A DNA stretch of 64,000 nucleotides from Clostridiales bacterium (GCA_012838995.1 DUOD01000034.1:3079-67078), one strand, 5' to 3'; counted from the first letter of the stretch, positions 24,781 through 34,211 are shown. Notes: generated by a model not told the origin, from the sequence alone. Translations and numbers: made by a program.

Positions 24781-24987
24781 ATGACCGTAGGTACCCAGAT
24801 ACAGCAGGTAATAGCACAGGTCTAAAGCGCTGCCGCCACAATGAAGACCTTTGCCTTGAAAATTTACGACCGGCAGGCCAAATAAACATTTGAAAAATTG
24901 GCCAGGGATTTAGAAAACGTGCTCAAAAGCCTACAGCAGAGGAAGCAGTATATTAAAGGACAGGAGCTCCAATACAGACAACAATAA
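24781..24987 (+). pseudogene. DUF1657-like ORF interrupted by two in-frame TAA codons
   Basis: It has an RBS, an ATG and a full-length frame: MTVGTQIQQVIAQV*SAAATMKTFALKIYDRQAK*TFEKLARDLENVLKSLQQRKQYIKGQELQYRQQ*. The internal stops lie at 24823-24825 and 24883-24885. Confidence 0.55.
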
Positions 24988-25069
24988 TTGAAAACCCTTC
25001 CCGAGCCAGGATGGGTTCTTTCTTTGGTTACGGATGATAAGCTTTCGGTTATTTTTTTGCCAAATAAGC

Positions 25070-26281
25070 TTATGGCTGTTTTTTTAACATGAAATCTATT
25101 TTTCCCGAATATAACTTATCCAGTACCAATGCAACGGCACCAAAGATGGGTCCATGGTTTAAAAAAGATGAACATTCTATTCTTACCTGTTTATAATTTC
25201 TGGTCAAGTAAAAATTTTTGACCGTTTGTTTTAGCTTGGGCAGGATTAGATCTTTTGCCAATACCAGGTTATGGCCCAGAATTACTACGGAGGGATCAAA
25301 AATATTTATGGCATTTACCACGGCGACCGTTAGATAGCGAAGGATATGGTCAATGGCCTTAAGGGACACTTCATCCTTCAGACGGGCTGCCTCAATGATT
25401 ATTTCCCAGGATATGTCCCCTTGGAGGATACTGGACGATGCCCCGAGTTCCAGGGCAATTTTTACCTGCTTGACTATATGGGGCAGTTTAAGGTAGTTTT
25501 CCAGGCAGCCTGTATTGCCGCAAGTACATGGAGGCCCGTTAATATCCACTGTTGTATGGCCTAATTCCACGCCGTAGCCCTCATCCCCCTTGTATAGCTT
25601 GCCGTCTATAATTACTCCTGATCCCACGCCGTTTTCTACGCCTAAGTACACCATATTATTTTCATCCCTGAATTTTCCCAGCAGTTTTTCCGCCAGGATA
25701 CTGGCATTACAATCGTTTTCCAGGAAAACCGGTATGTTGAAGGTGTCCTGTAATATTTGTACGATGGGGATATCATGCCAGCCATGGAAATCCTTTGGCG
25801 CGAGAATCATGCCTCCGATGGAATCCAAGGGGCCTATGGTGGTTATGCCCATACCCAGTACAGGTGGGGACTGATTTCTTAACAGCTTATTTGTTGCTGA
25901 GGTAACTGCCTTTAACATCATTGACTGGGTTTCCGGTCCGTCAAAACGGTTTGTCGTTTTGGCCAGGATTTTTCCGCTAAAATCCGTAAGAATGACGGTA
26001 TAAAAGTCCCTTGCCAGGTACAGTCCCAAAATGCTGCAATAACCTGGGTTTATGTCCAGAAGAATTGGCCGCCTGCCCAGTGGGGTGGAGGCTGATCCCG
26101 TCTCCCTTATACAGTTTTCCTTTAAAAGGTCCGTTGTTATATTAGTGATGGCAGCTTTGGTAAGACCGGTTATTTCTGCCAGGTCGGCCCGGGATATGGG
26201 ACCTTTTTTTTGAATGGTTTGAAGCACCAACAGTTTATTATCGGTTTTTATTGAAAGTTGATTTGCTCCTTGTTTTGCCAC
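25070..26281 (-). CDS. ROK-family transcriptional regulator
   Basis: The 403-aa protein has an N-terminal wHTH (ISRADLAEITGLTKAAITNITTDL). The C-terminal ROK sugar-kinase-like domain carries the Zn motif GH...C.CGN.GCLE. Confidence 0.85.
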   Translation of the reverse strand: MAKQGANQLSIKTDNKLLVLQTIQKKGPISRADLAEITGLTKAAITNITTDLLKENCIRETGSASTPLGRRPILLDINPGYCSILGLYLARDFYTVILTDFSGKILAKTTNRFDGPETQSMMLKAVTSATNKLLRNQSPPVLGMGITTIGPLDSIGGMILAPKDFHGWHDIPIVQILQDTFNIPVFLENDCNASILAEKLLGKFRDENNMVYLGVENGVGSGVIIDGKLYKGDEGYGVELGHTTVDINGPPCTCGNTGCLENYLKLPHIVKQVKIALELGASSSILQGDISWEIIIEAARLKDEVSLKAIDHILRYLTVAVVNAINIFDPSVVILGHNLVLAKDLILPKLKQTVKNFYLTRNYKQVRIECSSFLNHGPIFGAVALVLDKLYSGKIDFMLKKQP

Positions 26282-26394
26282 GACACTCCTCCTGTTAATT
26301 CATCCATTTAACAAATTCTTTTCCCATTATATAGTTATGCATTGGCTTTGTCAATTTGTATAACAAAGAGAAAATAACCTGTATGTTCTTATTG

Positions 26395-26424
26395 TTGACT
26401 TCATAATTTAATACCAAATATAAT
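26395..26424 (+). promoter_or_regulatory. sigmaA-like promoter for the UroD-family gene
   Basis: TTGACT (26395-26400), 18 nt, TATAAT (26419-26424). Confidence 0.5.
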
Positions 26425-26430
26425 AATATA

Positions 26431-26449
26431 TAATTAAACCGTTTAATTA
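26431..26449. promoter_or_regulatory. 19-bp palindrome (candidate operator of the divergent ROK regulator)
   Basis: TAATTAAAC-C-GTTTAATTA has perfect 9-bp arms. It sits directly downstream of the -10 and 20 nt upstream of the ATG. Confidence 0.45.
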
Positions 26450-26468
26450 AATAAAAGGAGGGATTCCT

Positions 26469-27479
26469 ATGAATGCGAGGGAAAGGTTTTTCAACCGGTT
26501 AAGGGGTTTGCCGGTGGACCGAGCTCCCAACCTCAACATATTAATGGGCTTTGCGGCTAAGTTTATTAATAAGCCCTATGACCGTTTCTGCTTGGATTAC
26601 AGAGTGCTGGTGGAAGCAAATCTTAAAGCTAATGAGGCCTTCGGCATTGATTTATTGAATACCATGTCCGATGCCTACCGGGAAACCTATGACTACGGTG
26701 CAAAGATCGAGTTTCCCCATGACGGGCTGCCCCTTAGCAAAGAAATTTTCATCAAGTCGATCCAGGATATGAAAAAACTAAAACCCTTTGATCCGTGGTC
26801 GTCTACCCGTATGCTGGATAGGATAAAGGCTGTGGAACTGTATAAAAAGGAAGCCGGTGATGAATATCCCATAATGGGATGGGTGGAGGGTCCTATTGCA
26901 GAGGCTACCGATCTTAGGGGTATGAAAAATGTAATGATGGACTTTTATGACAATCCCAATATGCTTGAGGAAATAATGGAGATATGCGTACATACCGCCA
27001 TAGCCTGTGCCAAGGCCCAGATAGAAGCCGGAGCCGATATTATCGGAGTGGGGGATGCTGCAGCCTCCTTAATAGGTCCCAGACTGTATAAAAGATATGT
27101 ACTCCCATTGGAACAGAAACTCTTTGCAGCCATACACGATATGGGCGCACTGGCCCGCCTTCATATATGCGGTAACATACAGCCCATACTCGATCATGTC
27201 AGGTTGACCGGTGCCGACATCATAGATATAGACTGGATGGTAGACTTTGAAACGGCCTGTCGAAAGTTTAGGGGTTATTGCAGCGCCTGTGGCAATTTCG
27301 ATCCGGTTGCGGTGGTATTGCAAGGGCATCCCCAGTCTATAAGGGAGGCGGTCTTTAAATGTCTTGATGTAGCCGACCAAACCACCTTTATTATGGCGGG
27401 GTGCGAAATTCCCAAGGATACACCCTGCCAAAACTTAAAGGCGGTAGATGATGCCTTATGGGAGTACAGCTCTATGTAG
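26469..27479 (+). CDS. uroporphyrinogen decarboxylase (URO-D) family protein, MtaA/CmuA-like
   Basis: The 336 aa are colinear with URO-D-fold methyltransferases (N-terminal RERF...G..VDR.P; internal GAD.IGVGDAAAS; HICGN). The RBS is AAAGGAGGG. Confidence 0.65.
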   Translation: MNARERFFNRLRGLPVDRAPNLNILMGFAAKFINKPYDRFCLDYRVLVEANLKANEAFGIDLLNTMSDAYRETYDYGAKIEFPHDGLPLSKEIFIKSIQDMKKLKPFDPWSSTRMLDRIKAVELYKKEAGDEYPIMGWVEGPIAEATDLRGMKNVMMDFYDNPNMLEEIMEICVHTAIACAKAQIEAGADIIGVGDAAASLIGPRLYKRYVLPLEQKLFAAIHDMGALARLHICGNIQPILDHVRLTGADIIDIDWMVDFETACRKFRGYCSACGNFDPVAVVLQGHPQSIREAVFKCLDVADQTTFIMAGCEIPKDTPCQNLKAVDDALWEYSSM

Positions 27480-27684
27480 GATATTAGTCATATATAATGG
27501 AGGCATAAAAAGAGTGGCAAAAAGACAAGGCTTAAAATCATGGGAATTGCTGGGGTGCCAAATAAATTGTTGGTTTACAGGGATAAGGGTAAATCTCGTC
27601 TTTTATCTTATAAATTTTTGTAGCACTTTATTTTGTTCCTTCGTCTAACACTATGAATATATGTTTCCAAAAAGGAGGATTATA

Positions 27685-28905
27685 ATGTATAAAAGTTTGC
27701 GAAAAAATTTACCAAAGATTTCTCTATCGTTGTTTGTTGTCTTTATTCTATTGATTTTGCCCATGTTCCAGGTACAGCAAACGGTCAAGGCCCAGGGCAC
27801 TCTTACCTTGAGTACTGCTTTTCCAGGGGTTACGGTAAAGCCCGGAGAGACCATTGAGTTTCCCTTGAAAGTCATCGGTTCCGGATTACCGTCCCGGGTC
27901 GTGGAATTGTCAGTTGAATCAATGCCCCAGGGGTGGTCGGGATTTTTTGAAGGCGACGGAAGGGTAATCCATAGGGTTTTTGCAAGCACACCGGGTTCCG
28001 ATGAGGAAGAGCTCGAAGGATTGGACGACTTGTATTTTAAGGTACAGGTTCCTTCGGAAGTATCTGAAGGAAGTTATAAGATAAATTTAAAAGCCACCGG
28101 TCAGGGTGCCAGTGACACTTTAACCCTTGATTTAGCCGTCAGTGAAGAAACCCATGTTTCGGGCAAGTTGGTGGCTCAATACCAGAAACTTGAGGGCCCG
28201 TCCAGTGCCATCTTTAATTTCCGTGTTTCACTGACCAATCAAAGCTCTAAGGAACGTACCTACAGTTTGGGTGCCAACGTGCCTGAAGGTTGGGAGGTTT
28301 CATTTATACCGGCTTATGAACAAGACCAAAGGCAGGTTGCCAGTATAAGTCTTGAACCGGGAAGAACCCAGCAGTTTGATGTACAGGTTAAACCGGCGAA
28401 GCAGACCAAGGCGGGAACCTATGACATACCCATAGCAGCACAATCGCCTGAAGAAACTTTAACTTCCGAACTACAGCTTGTAATTACCGGTACGTACGAA
28501 ATGACCCTAACCACACCTACCGGCAGGCTTAACGCAGAGGCCCATGCGGGAAAGGAGCAGACCGTTACTTTAAATATTAAAAATGAAGGCAGTGCTGATT
28601 TAAAGGATATAAGTTTCAACTCTTCGGAACCTCAGAACTGGTCGGTTACCTTCTCGCCCGACAAAGTGGATAGCCTGGCAGCCGGCGAAACCCAGCAGAT
28701 TAAGGCTATTATAAAACCGGATAGCAAGGCCATCGCAGGTGATTATGTGGTAAAATTAACCGCAAATACAACCGAAACCCAGAGCGAAACAGAACTTAGA
28801 GTAATGGTTAAAACTCCTACCACCTGGGGTATAGTAGGCGTGATTATAATTTTGATTATAGTGGTTGGCCTGCTATATATTTTCAGGGTATTCGGGAGAC
28901 GATAA
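27685..28905 (+). CDS. NEW3/CARDB-like repeat surface protein with N-terminal signal and C-terminal TM anchor
   Basis: AGGAGG precedes ATG 27685, followed by a signal peptide. Four Ig-like modules recur with P.GW.V.F.P and AG.Y. patterns. The C-terminal TM helix ends FRVFGRR. It is followed directly by ABC genes. Confidence 0.65.
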   Translation: MYKSLRKNLPKISLSLFVVFILLILPMFQVQQTVKAQGTLTLSTAFPGVTVKPGETIEFPLKVIGSGLPSRVVELSVESMPQGWSGFFEGDGRVIHRVFASTPGSDEEELEGLDDLYFKVQVPSEVSEGSYKINLKATGQGASDTLTLDLAVSEETHVSGKLVAQYQKLEGPSSAIFNFRVSLTNQSSKERTYSLGANVPEGWEVSFIPAYEQDQRQVASISLEPGRTQQFDVQVKPAKQTKAGTYDIPIAAQSPEETLTSELQLVITGTYEMTLTTPTGRLNAEAHAGKEQTVTLNIKNEGSADLKDISFNSSEPQNWSVTFSPDKVDSLAAGETQQIKAIIKPDSKAIAGDYVVKLTANTTETQSETELRVMVKTPTTWGIVGVIIILIIVVGLLYIFRVFGRR

Positions 28906-28907
28906 AC

Positions 28908-29861
28908 ATGAAGGAAAATAACGTTGTTATTAAAACAGAAAATTTAACAAAGAGGTATAATGGCTTTACTGCTGTAAATAAGCTTAATCTGGAAATTTAT
29001 AAAGGGGAGATATTCGGGCTACTGGGGCCAAACGGAGCGGGAAAGACTACAACCATCCTTATGCTTCTCGGCCTTACCGAACCTACCGAGGGAAAGGCCT
29101 ACATCGAAGGATATGACTGTACCCGAAATCCCATGGCCGTTAAAAGTGTCGTTGGATATCTCCCCGACAACGTGGGGTTTTATGAAGATTTAACAGGTAA
29201 AGAGAACCTACGGTATACCGGTCAGTTAAACGGAATGGACCCCGATAAATTAGAAAAGCGAATAGATATGCTCATTGAACGGGTGGGGCTGACGGAGGCT
29301 GCAGATAATAAAGTGGGCACCTATTCCAGGGGTATGCGTCAAAGGTTGGGTATAGCCGATGTTCTAATTAAAGATCCCAAGATAGTAATTCTGGACGAAC
29401 CTACTTTGGGCATTGACCCGGAAGGCGTCAAACAAATGTTATCAATAATCACCCAGCTGTCCATCGAAGATAAGCGGACCGTATTAATTTCGTCCCATTT
29501 GCTCCACCAAATACAACAGATTTGCAACAGAGTAGGTATTTTCGTCAGGGGCGAGCTCATAGCCTGTGGACAAATTGAAAATCTGGCGGAACAGGTGTCC
29601 GAGGGTAAACCCAAGGAACTGGAAATAAGGGTAGACTGTGAAAAGGAAGATTTTCTAAGCCTTGTTAAGGGTTTTGACGCCATAGATGATATAAAATACC
29701 AGGCGGGACTTTTCACCATAACATCCAAAAAGGATATTCGCAAGGAGCTGGTTGCAGCCATAAACAGCAAAGGCTATTCACTAATGCATTTAAGATTAAG
29801 AGGCGCGGATCTGGACGATATTTACAGTCAGTATTTTGCCGGTGAAGGGGTGATTAAATGA
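28908..29861 (+). CDS. ABC transporter ATP-binding protein
   Basis: It has Walker A (GPNGAGKTT), the signature YSRGMRQR, and Walker B (IVILDEP). Confidence 0.9.
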   Translation: MKENNVVIKTENLTKRYNGFTAVNKLNLEIYKGEIFGLLGPNGAGKTTTILMLLGLTEPTEGKAYIEGYDCTRNPMAVKSVVGYLPDNVGFYEDLTGKENLRYTGQLNGMDPDKLEKRIDMLIERVGLTEAADNKVGTYSRGMRQRLGIADVLIKDPKIVILDEPTLGIDPEGVKQMLSIITQLSIEDKRTVLISSHLLHQIQQICNRVGIFVRGELIACGQIENLAEQVSEGKPKELEIRVDCEKEDFLSLVKGFDAIDDIKYQAGLFTITSKKDIRKELVAAINSKGYSLMHLRLRGADLDDIYSQYFAGEGVIK

Positions 29862-30892
29862 GCGTGGGGACTACAATTGCTGAGAAACTTAAATGGTTGT
29901 ACAAAGTGTTATTGGAGGATGAAGAGCCCCAGGATGACTATGGAGAGCTGAAAAGAAAAGGTTTGCGTGCCTTATATAGAAAAGAACTGGCAGATCATTT
30001 CAGAAGCAAAAGGTTTCTGATTGTACTGCTGTTAATAGCCGTGACGGGTATAGCCAGTGTTTACAGCGCAAGCCTCGGTATCGGAGAAGCGGTGATGGAA
30101 GAGGGGAATGATTTTGTATTTCTCAAATTATTTTCCAGCAGCGGTGAAGCCCTGCCCTCCTTTGCAGCTTTTATCTCCTTTCTCGGTCCCCTGGTGGGTC
30201 TGTCATTGGGGTTTGACGCCATCAACGGAGAAAAGACCCGGGGAACGCTAAGTAGGGTTCTGGCCCAGCCCATACACCGTGATGCGGTGGTAAACGGCAA
30301 ATTTTTAGCCGGTGTTACGGTGATGAGCATAATGACAGTAGCCCTGGTTTTAGCCGTGGGGGGGTTGGGGATTATACTGACGGGTATTCCTCCAAGCCTT
30401 GAAGAAGTAATAAGGCTGCTGCTGTTTATAGTCATCACCATCATATATATGTCCCTGTGGCTTTGCTTGTCCCTGCTTTTCTCATTATTGTTTAGGCAGA
30501 CGGCAACATCCGCCCTTGCGGGTATAGCGGTATGGTTGTTCTTTGCAATATTTATGGGTTTGCTGGCGGGACTTATAGCCAATGCAATTGTTCCCATAGA
30601 TGAATCATCGCCGGCTACACTTATATTGAAAAACCAGCATCTGCAACAAAATATTTCCCGAATATCACCGTCGATATTGTATGACGAAGCCACGGCTACC
30701 ATACTCAATCCCGCTATCAGGGTATTGGGTCCCATTTTGGTTACCCAGGCAGAAGGGGCAATACCGGGAACCTTACCCTTAGGCCAGAGCGTATTGTTGG
30801 TTTGGCCCCATATAACATCGTTAATAGCCGCTACCATGATTTGCTTTGCCCTGTCATATATCGTTTTCATGAGGCAGGAAATAAGGGCTTAA
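29858..30892 (+). CDS. ABC-2 type transporter permease
   Basis: Its start overlaps the ATPase stop (ATGA). The protein has 6 hydrophobic segments. Confidence 0.75.
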   Translation: MSVGTTIAEKLKWLYKVLLEDEEPQDDYGELKRKGLRALYRKELADHFRSKRFLIVLLLIAVTGIASVYSASLGIGEAVMEEGNDFVFLKLFSSSGEALPSFAAFISFLGPLVGLSLGFDAINGEKTRGTLSRVLAQPIHRDAVVNGKFLAGVTVMSIMTVALVLAVGGLGIILTGIPPSLEEVIRLLLFIVITIIYMSLWLCLSLLFSLLFRQTATSALAGIAVWLFFAIFMGLLAGLIANAIVPIDESSPATLILKNQHLQQNISRISPSILYDEATATILNPAIRVLGPILVTQAEGAIPGTLPLGQSVLLVWPHITSLIAATMICFALSYIVFMRQEIRA

Positions 30893-31087
30893 TAATCCAT
30901 GTTACCGTTATATACTGTGCGGTGCTGCAAAGAGTGTGTACATGAAGTTTCTACAAAGGTGTGCATACAATAGTTTTCTAGATTAAAAGGATGGCAAAAC
31001 TTAAGTTAAGCTCTTTTGGGTTTGGTATGGTATAATACTATCAGAAATATCGAGTAAAATTGAATCCCAAAAAATAAAGGGTGATTT

Positions 31088-31639
31088 GTGGTGGAAGTTG
31101 TGACTGATAGTACCGATATATACCAGGACCAGCCTTCAAAACAATTGGAATACTTAATGCGGCGGTTTGGAAAACAGGTGGTAAAGCTGGCATATTACCA
31201 TCTCAGGGACAGACATCTGGCTGAAGATATTGCCCAGGAAGTATTCTGTCGTGTGTATCAAAACCTGGACACCTTTCGTCACGACAGTTCCTACTATACG
31301 TGGATATATAGGATAACCGTAAACTTATGTCGGGATTATATACGATCTGCTTATTCAAGGCGGGTGTTTACACTGGATAACGCCAAGCACCTGGAAAGCG
31401 GTGAGGATCCTATAGATAGGCTGTTGGAAAGGATAGAGGGAGGAGAAGTATTCCAAAAGGTTATGGATCTGCCGATAAAGTATAGAATGGTAACGGTATT
31501 ATATTATTTTGAAGAGATGTCAACCGTTGAAATATCCAGGATCCTGGATATTGGGGAAAGTACGGTGAGGACCCGTTTATGCAGGGCCAGGAAGATGCTC
31601 AAGGATGTATTATCCGGGGAGGCGGGTATTATTGGATGA
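31088..31639 (+). CDS. ECF-type RNA polymerase sigma factor (sigma-70 family)
   Basis: Region 2 is present (DIAQEVFCRVYQNLDTFRHDSSYYTWIYRITVNLCRDY), as is the region 4 HTH (MSTVEISRILDIGESTVRTRLCRARKML). The exact GTG start is uncertain. Confidence 0.85.
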   Translation: MVEVVTDSTDIYQDQPSKQLEYLMRRFGKQVVKLAYYHLRDRHLAEDIAQEVFCRVYQNLDTFRHDSSYYTWIYRITVNLCRDYIRSAYSRRVFTLDNAKHLESGEDPIDRLLERIEGGEVFQKVMDLPIKYRMVTVLYYFEEMSTVEISRILDIGESTVRTRLCRARKMLKDVLSGEAGIIG

Positions 31640-32387
31640 TAAGGACCTGGACAGAATGCTTAAGGCTGCAAAGGATGAAGCCCACCGCTTCTTCAGCAAA
31701 TGGAGCGGTGAAGATTTCAGGGAAAAGGTATACCGCAGAATTTCCCAAGCAGTTGTCAAAAGCAGGTGGCAGGTGGGCAACAGGCTCAAAAGGCTGGTGC
31801 CGATAATAGGTGCCGTGGCGGTTTGTATTGCCATTATGTTATGGGTGCCCGGATTAAGAAAGGGCATGTCATCCGATATTGCACCACAGGTCGGTAATTC
31901 TTCTTTAAGCGCGGATGAGCAGTATCATGCCGGAAGCACCGGTGAGCAGAATGGTGCCAATGCGGGCATCCAAACATCGTCCTTTACGGATTTTCTGCCT
32001 ATAGACCAGATGATGGGCAAAGACTATAATTTGCTGGTGGTTATCTGGAAGGACAGTAACCATAAAAACTATGAAATGGTATATAATTTCATACCCTATC
32101 GCATTAACGGTGCCGGGCAGATTGCATTAACCACAAAACGCGTCGAGGTACAGGTGGGTCACTACCTGGTGCTGGTGGGTAATGACCATGGTAACCAGGT
32201 TGATATATCCTTCCAAGGAAATACCATAAAACAACTGAGCCAAAATAAAGTATGCGGTCAATACAGGACGACTGCCCAGTTTTATGCCTACAGTCCCGGC
32301 AGGGAATATATAATTATCACCCCAAGGTATGATACAAAACAGACGGAAAAGGTACTGATAGAGGTTAACGATAAAGATTCCCGTTAA
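31632..32387 (+). CDS. putative anti-sigma factor (single-pass membrane protein)
   Basis: It overlaps the sigma gene stop. TTG 31632 lies 8 nt after GGGGAGG. One TM helix is present (LVPIIGAVAVCIAIMLWVP). The extracytoplasmic domain is of unknown family. Confidence 0.55.
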   Translation: MDDKDLDRMLKAAKDEAHRFFSKWSGEDFREKVYRRISQAVVKSRWQVGNRLKRLVPIIGAVAVCIAIMLWVPGLRKGMSSDIAPQVGNSSLSADEQYHAGSTGEQNGANAGIQTSSFTDFLPIDQMMGKDYNLLVVIWKDSNHKNYEMVYNFIPYRINGAGQIALTTKRVEVQVGHYLVLVGNDHGNQVDISFQGNTIKQLSQNKVCGQYRTTAQFYAYSPGREYIIITPRYDTKQTEKVLIEVNDKDSR

Positions 32388-32392
32388 AATTT

Positions 32393-32412
32393 AAGGCCAA
32401 TGGCCTTTTTTC
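32393..32412 (+). terminator. intrinsic terminator
   Basis: AAGGCC-AAT-GGCCTT is followed by TTTTT. Confidence 0.6.
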
Positions 32413-32551
32413 TTTGGTTAATTATTTGACTTGATGCAATGCTTTACTATATAATGAAAAATTATATAATACACATAAAACTTGCAGAGAGATTGCCATA
32501 AATTCCGACAAAACATATGGGAATACTTATAAATGACTATGGAGGAATATA

Positions 32552-33466
32552 ATGCCGGTAAAAATTAGTGACAACCATCCAGCAATTGAAATACTTAATA
32601 ATGAAAATGTTTTTATAATGGGCGAGAGCCGGGCATATAAACAGGATATCCGTCCCTTGAGGATAGCTGTCTTAAATCTCATGCCCATAAAGATAGTCAC
32701 CGAAATACAGATATTAAGGCTGCTTGCCAATTCACCCCTGCAGGTTGAAGTGGTATTTCTCCATCCCGAGACCCATAAGTCCAAAAACACGCCGGAGGAT
32801 TATCTAATCGCCTTTTATAAGACCTTTTCCGAGATAAAGCACGAGAAGTTCGACGGGATGATAATCACCGGGGCACCCGTTGAAAAGTTGGATTTTACAG
32901 AGGTCAACTACTGGGAAGAACTTAAGGAAATTATGGACTGGAAGCTCCATAATGTTACTTCAACCCTCCACATATGCTGGGCCGCCCAGGCAGGGCTGTA
33001 CCACTACTTTGGTATTCCAAAGTATCCCCTCAAAGAGAAAATGTTTGGCATCTTTCCCCACAGGGTTACAAAGAATTGCAAGCTGCTCCAGGGCTTTGAC
33101 GATGTGTTTTATGCACCCCATTCCCGGCATACCGAAGTTCGGAGAGAGGATATAGAAAAGGTTCCCGAACTGGAAATATTATCGGAGTCCGATGAGGCGG
33201 GTATATATATCGTTGCCACTAAGGACGGGCGGCAGATATTTGTAACCGGACATTCGGAGTACGATCCTTTAACCCTCAAGGGCGAATATGAACGGGATGT
33301 GGAAAAGGGTTTGGATATTAGCATACCCAAGAATTATTTTCCCGATGACGATCCTTCTAAGATGCCGGTGGTAACGTGGAGAGGCCACGCCAATTTGCTG
33401 TTTTCCAATTGGCTGAACTTCTATGTATATCAGGTAACCCCCTATGACATAAATAAGATTGAATAA
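32552..33466 (+). CDS. metA: homoserine O-acyltransferase (MetA family)
   Basis: The 304-aa protein begins MPVKI....P and contains [26 protein letters not shown] and PHSRH. Confidence 0.9.
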   Translation: MPVKISDNHPAIEILNNENVFIMGESRAYKQDIRPLRIAVLNLMPIKIVTEIQILRLLANSPLQVEVVFLHPETHKSKNTPEDYLIAFYKTFSEIKHEKFDGMIITGAPVEKLDFTEVNYWEELKEIMDWKLHNVTSTLHICWAAQAGLYHYFGIPKYPLKEKMFGIFPHRVTKNCKLLQGFDDVFYAPHSRHTEVRREDIEKVPELEILSESDEAGIYIVATKDGRQIFVTGHSEYDPLTLKGEYERDVEKGLDISIPKNYFPDDDPSKMPVVTWRGHANLLFSNWLNFYVYQVTPYDINKIE

Positions 33467-33567
33467 ATTTTTTCCATTCAGCATGCCGAAGTCGGCATGC
33501 TGAATTTTTCCAAAAAGTTTGTAACGAAACCGGATGTTCCAAGTCTTATATATAGAAGCGGGGTGAA

Positions 33568-34163
33568 ATGGTGACCGAATTTGAAGAGATATACTGTCAA
33601 TATTTTACCGACGTTTATAAATATGCACTGTCATTGACCCGAAATGAGGCCCTGGCGGAAGAAATTACCCAGGAAACCTTTTTCAAAGCTTTGAAGGCCA
33701 TAGATAACTTTAAAGGGCAATGCAAACTTCGGGTCTGGTTGTGTCAGATAGCAAGGAATACTTACTTTTCCCTTTATAAGAGAAAAAAGCATATTACAAA
33801 CAAACCTTATATGGACTTTGACAGTGAATGGTTTGAGCAAAAGTTAATTGACAGTGAAACAGTTATGGACTTACCATGGCAATTGAAAAGGGTGGTGTAC
33901 AAAAAGATGTTCTCTATGTGTATTACACAGATTCCATCTGGACCAGGTATCTCTCAAAACCGGAAAAAGACAACAACCAGTACAAACTCTCCGTCGGAAA
34001 CAGAACGATGGCTGGTTTGAACAACCACAGGGAAAAAGTCCACTCCTATGAGGATATAGCAGCCGTGTACTATTTGGTTGGTGATTATAGGACCCTTGCC
34101 CATATGATCCCTGAAGAATTTGCAAAAGCAGCTTCGGAAGCCGTTCTTCTTTGGGAAAAGTAG
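33568..34163 (+). pseudogene. truncated ECF sigma factor (region 2 only) joined to an unrelated ORF fragment
   Basis: Residues 1-100 are a good sigma region 2 (EEITQETFFKALKAIDNFKGQCKLRVWLCQIARNTYFSLYKRKK). No region 4 HTH follows. The frame runs into low-complexity sequence, and a second overlapping frame (33876-34163) encodes a different fragment. Confidence 0.5.
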
Positions 34164-34175
34164 ATTCTGATTAAA

Positions 34176-34211
34176 AGAAAAAGGCCTCGGTTATATAACC
34201 GAGGCCTTTTT
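34176..34211. terminator. bidirectional intrinsic terminator
   Basis: AAAAAGGCCTCGGTTA/TATAACCGAGGCCTTTTT forms a perfect hairpin with A-run and T-run flanks. It lies between convergent genes. Confidence 0.85.

Noticed and set aside
27630-27650. CGTCTAA, resembling an ECF sigma -10 element, upstream of the NEW3/ABC genes.
   Set aside because: No AAC-containing -35 element lies at the required 16-17 nt spacing. A lone pentamer is not evidence.
30061-30870. A 269-aa ORF antisense to the ABC-2 permease.
   Set aside because: It lies entirely within a well-supported sense gene, has no RBS, and has a composition typical of the reverse frame of a membrane protein.
31579-31806. A 75-aa ORF starting at the ATGA overlap with the ECF sigma stop, as an alternative anti-sigma frame.
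   Set aside because: It has no TM helix and terminates early. The other frame (31632-32387) continues for 250 aa with a TM segment and has a GGGGAGG RBS.
32413-32551. I looked for an S-box (SAM) riboswitch or T-box leader upstream of metA.
   Set aside because: The 140-nt leader is AT-rich and lacks the conserved S-box helices/kink-turn sequence or a T-box specifier/antiterminator pattern.
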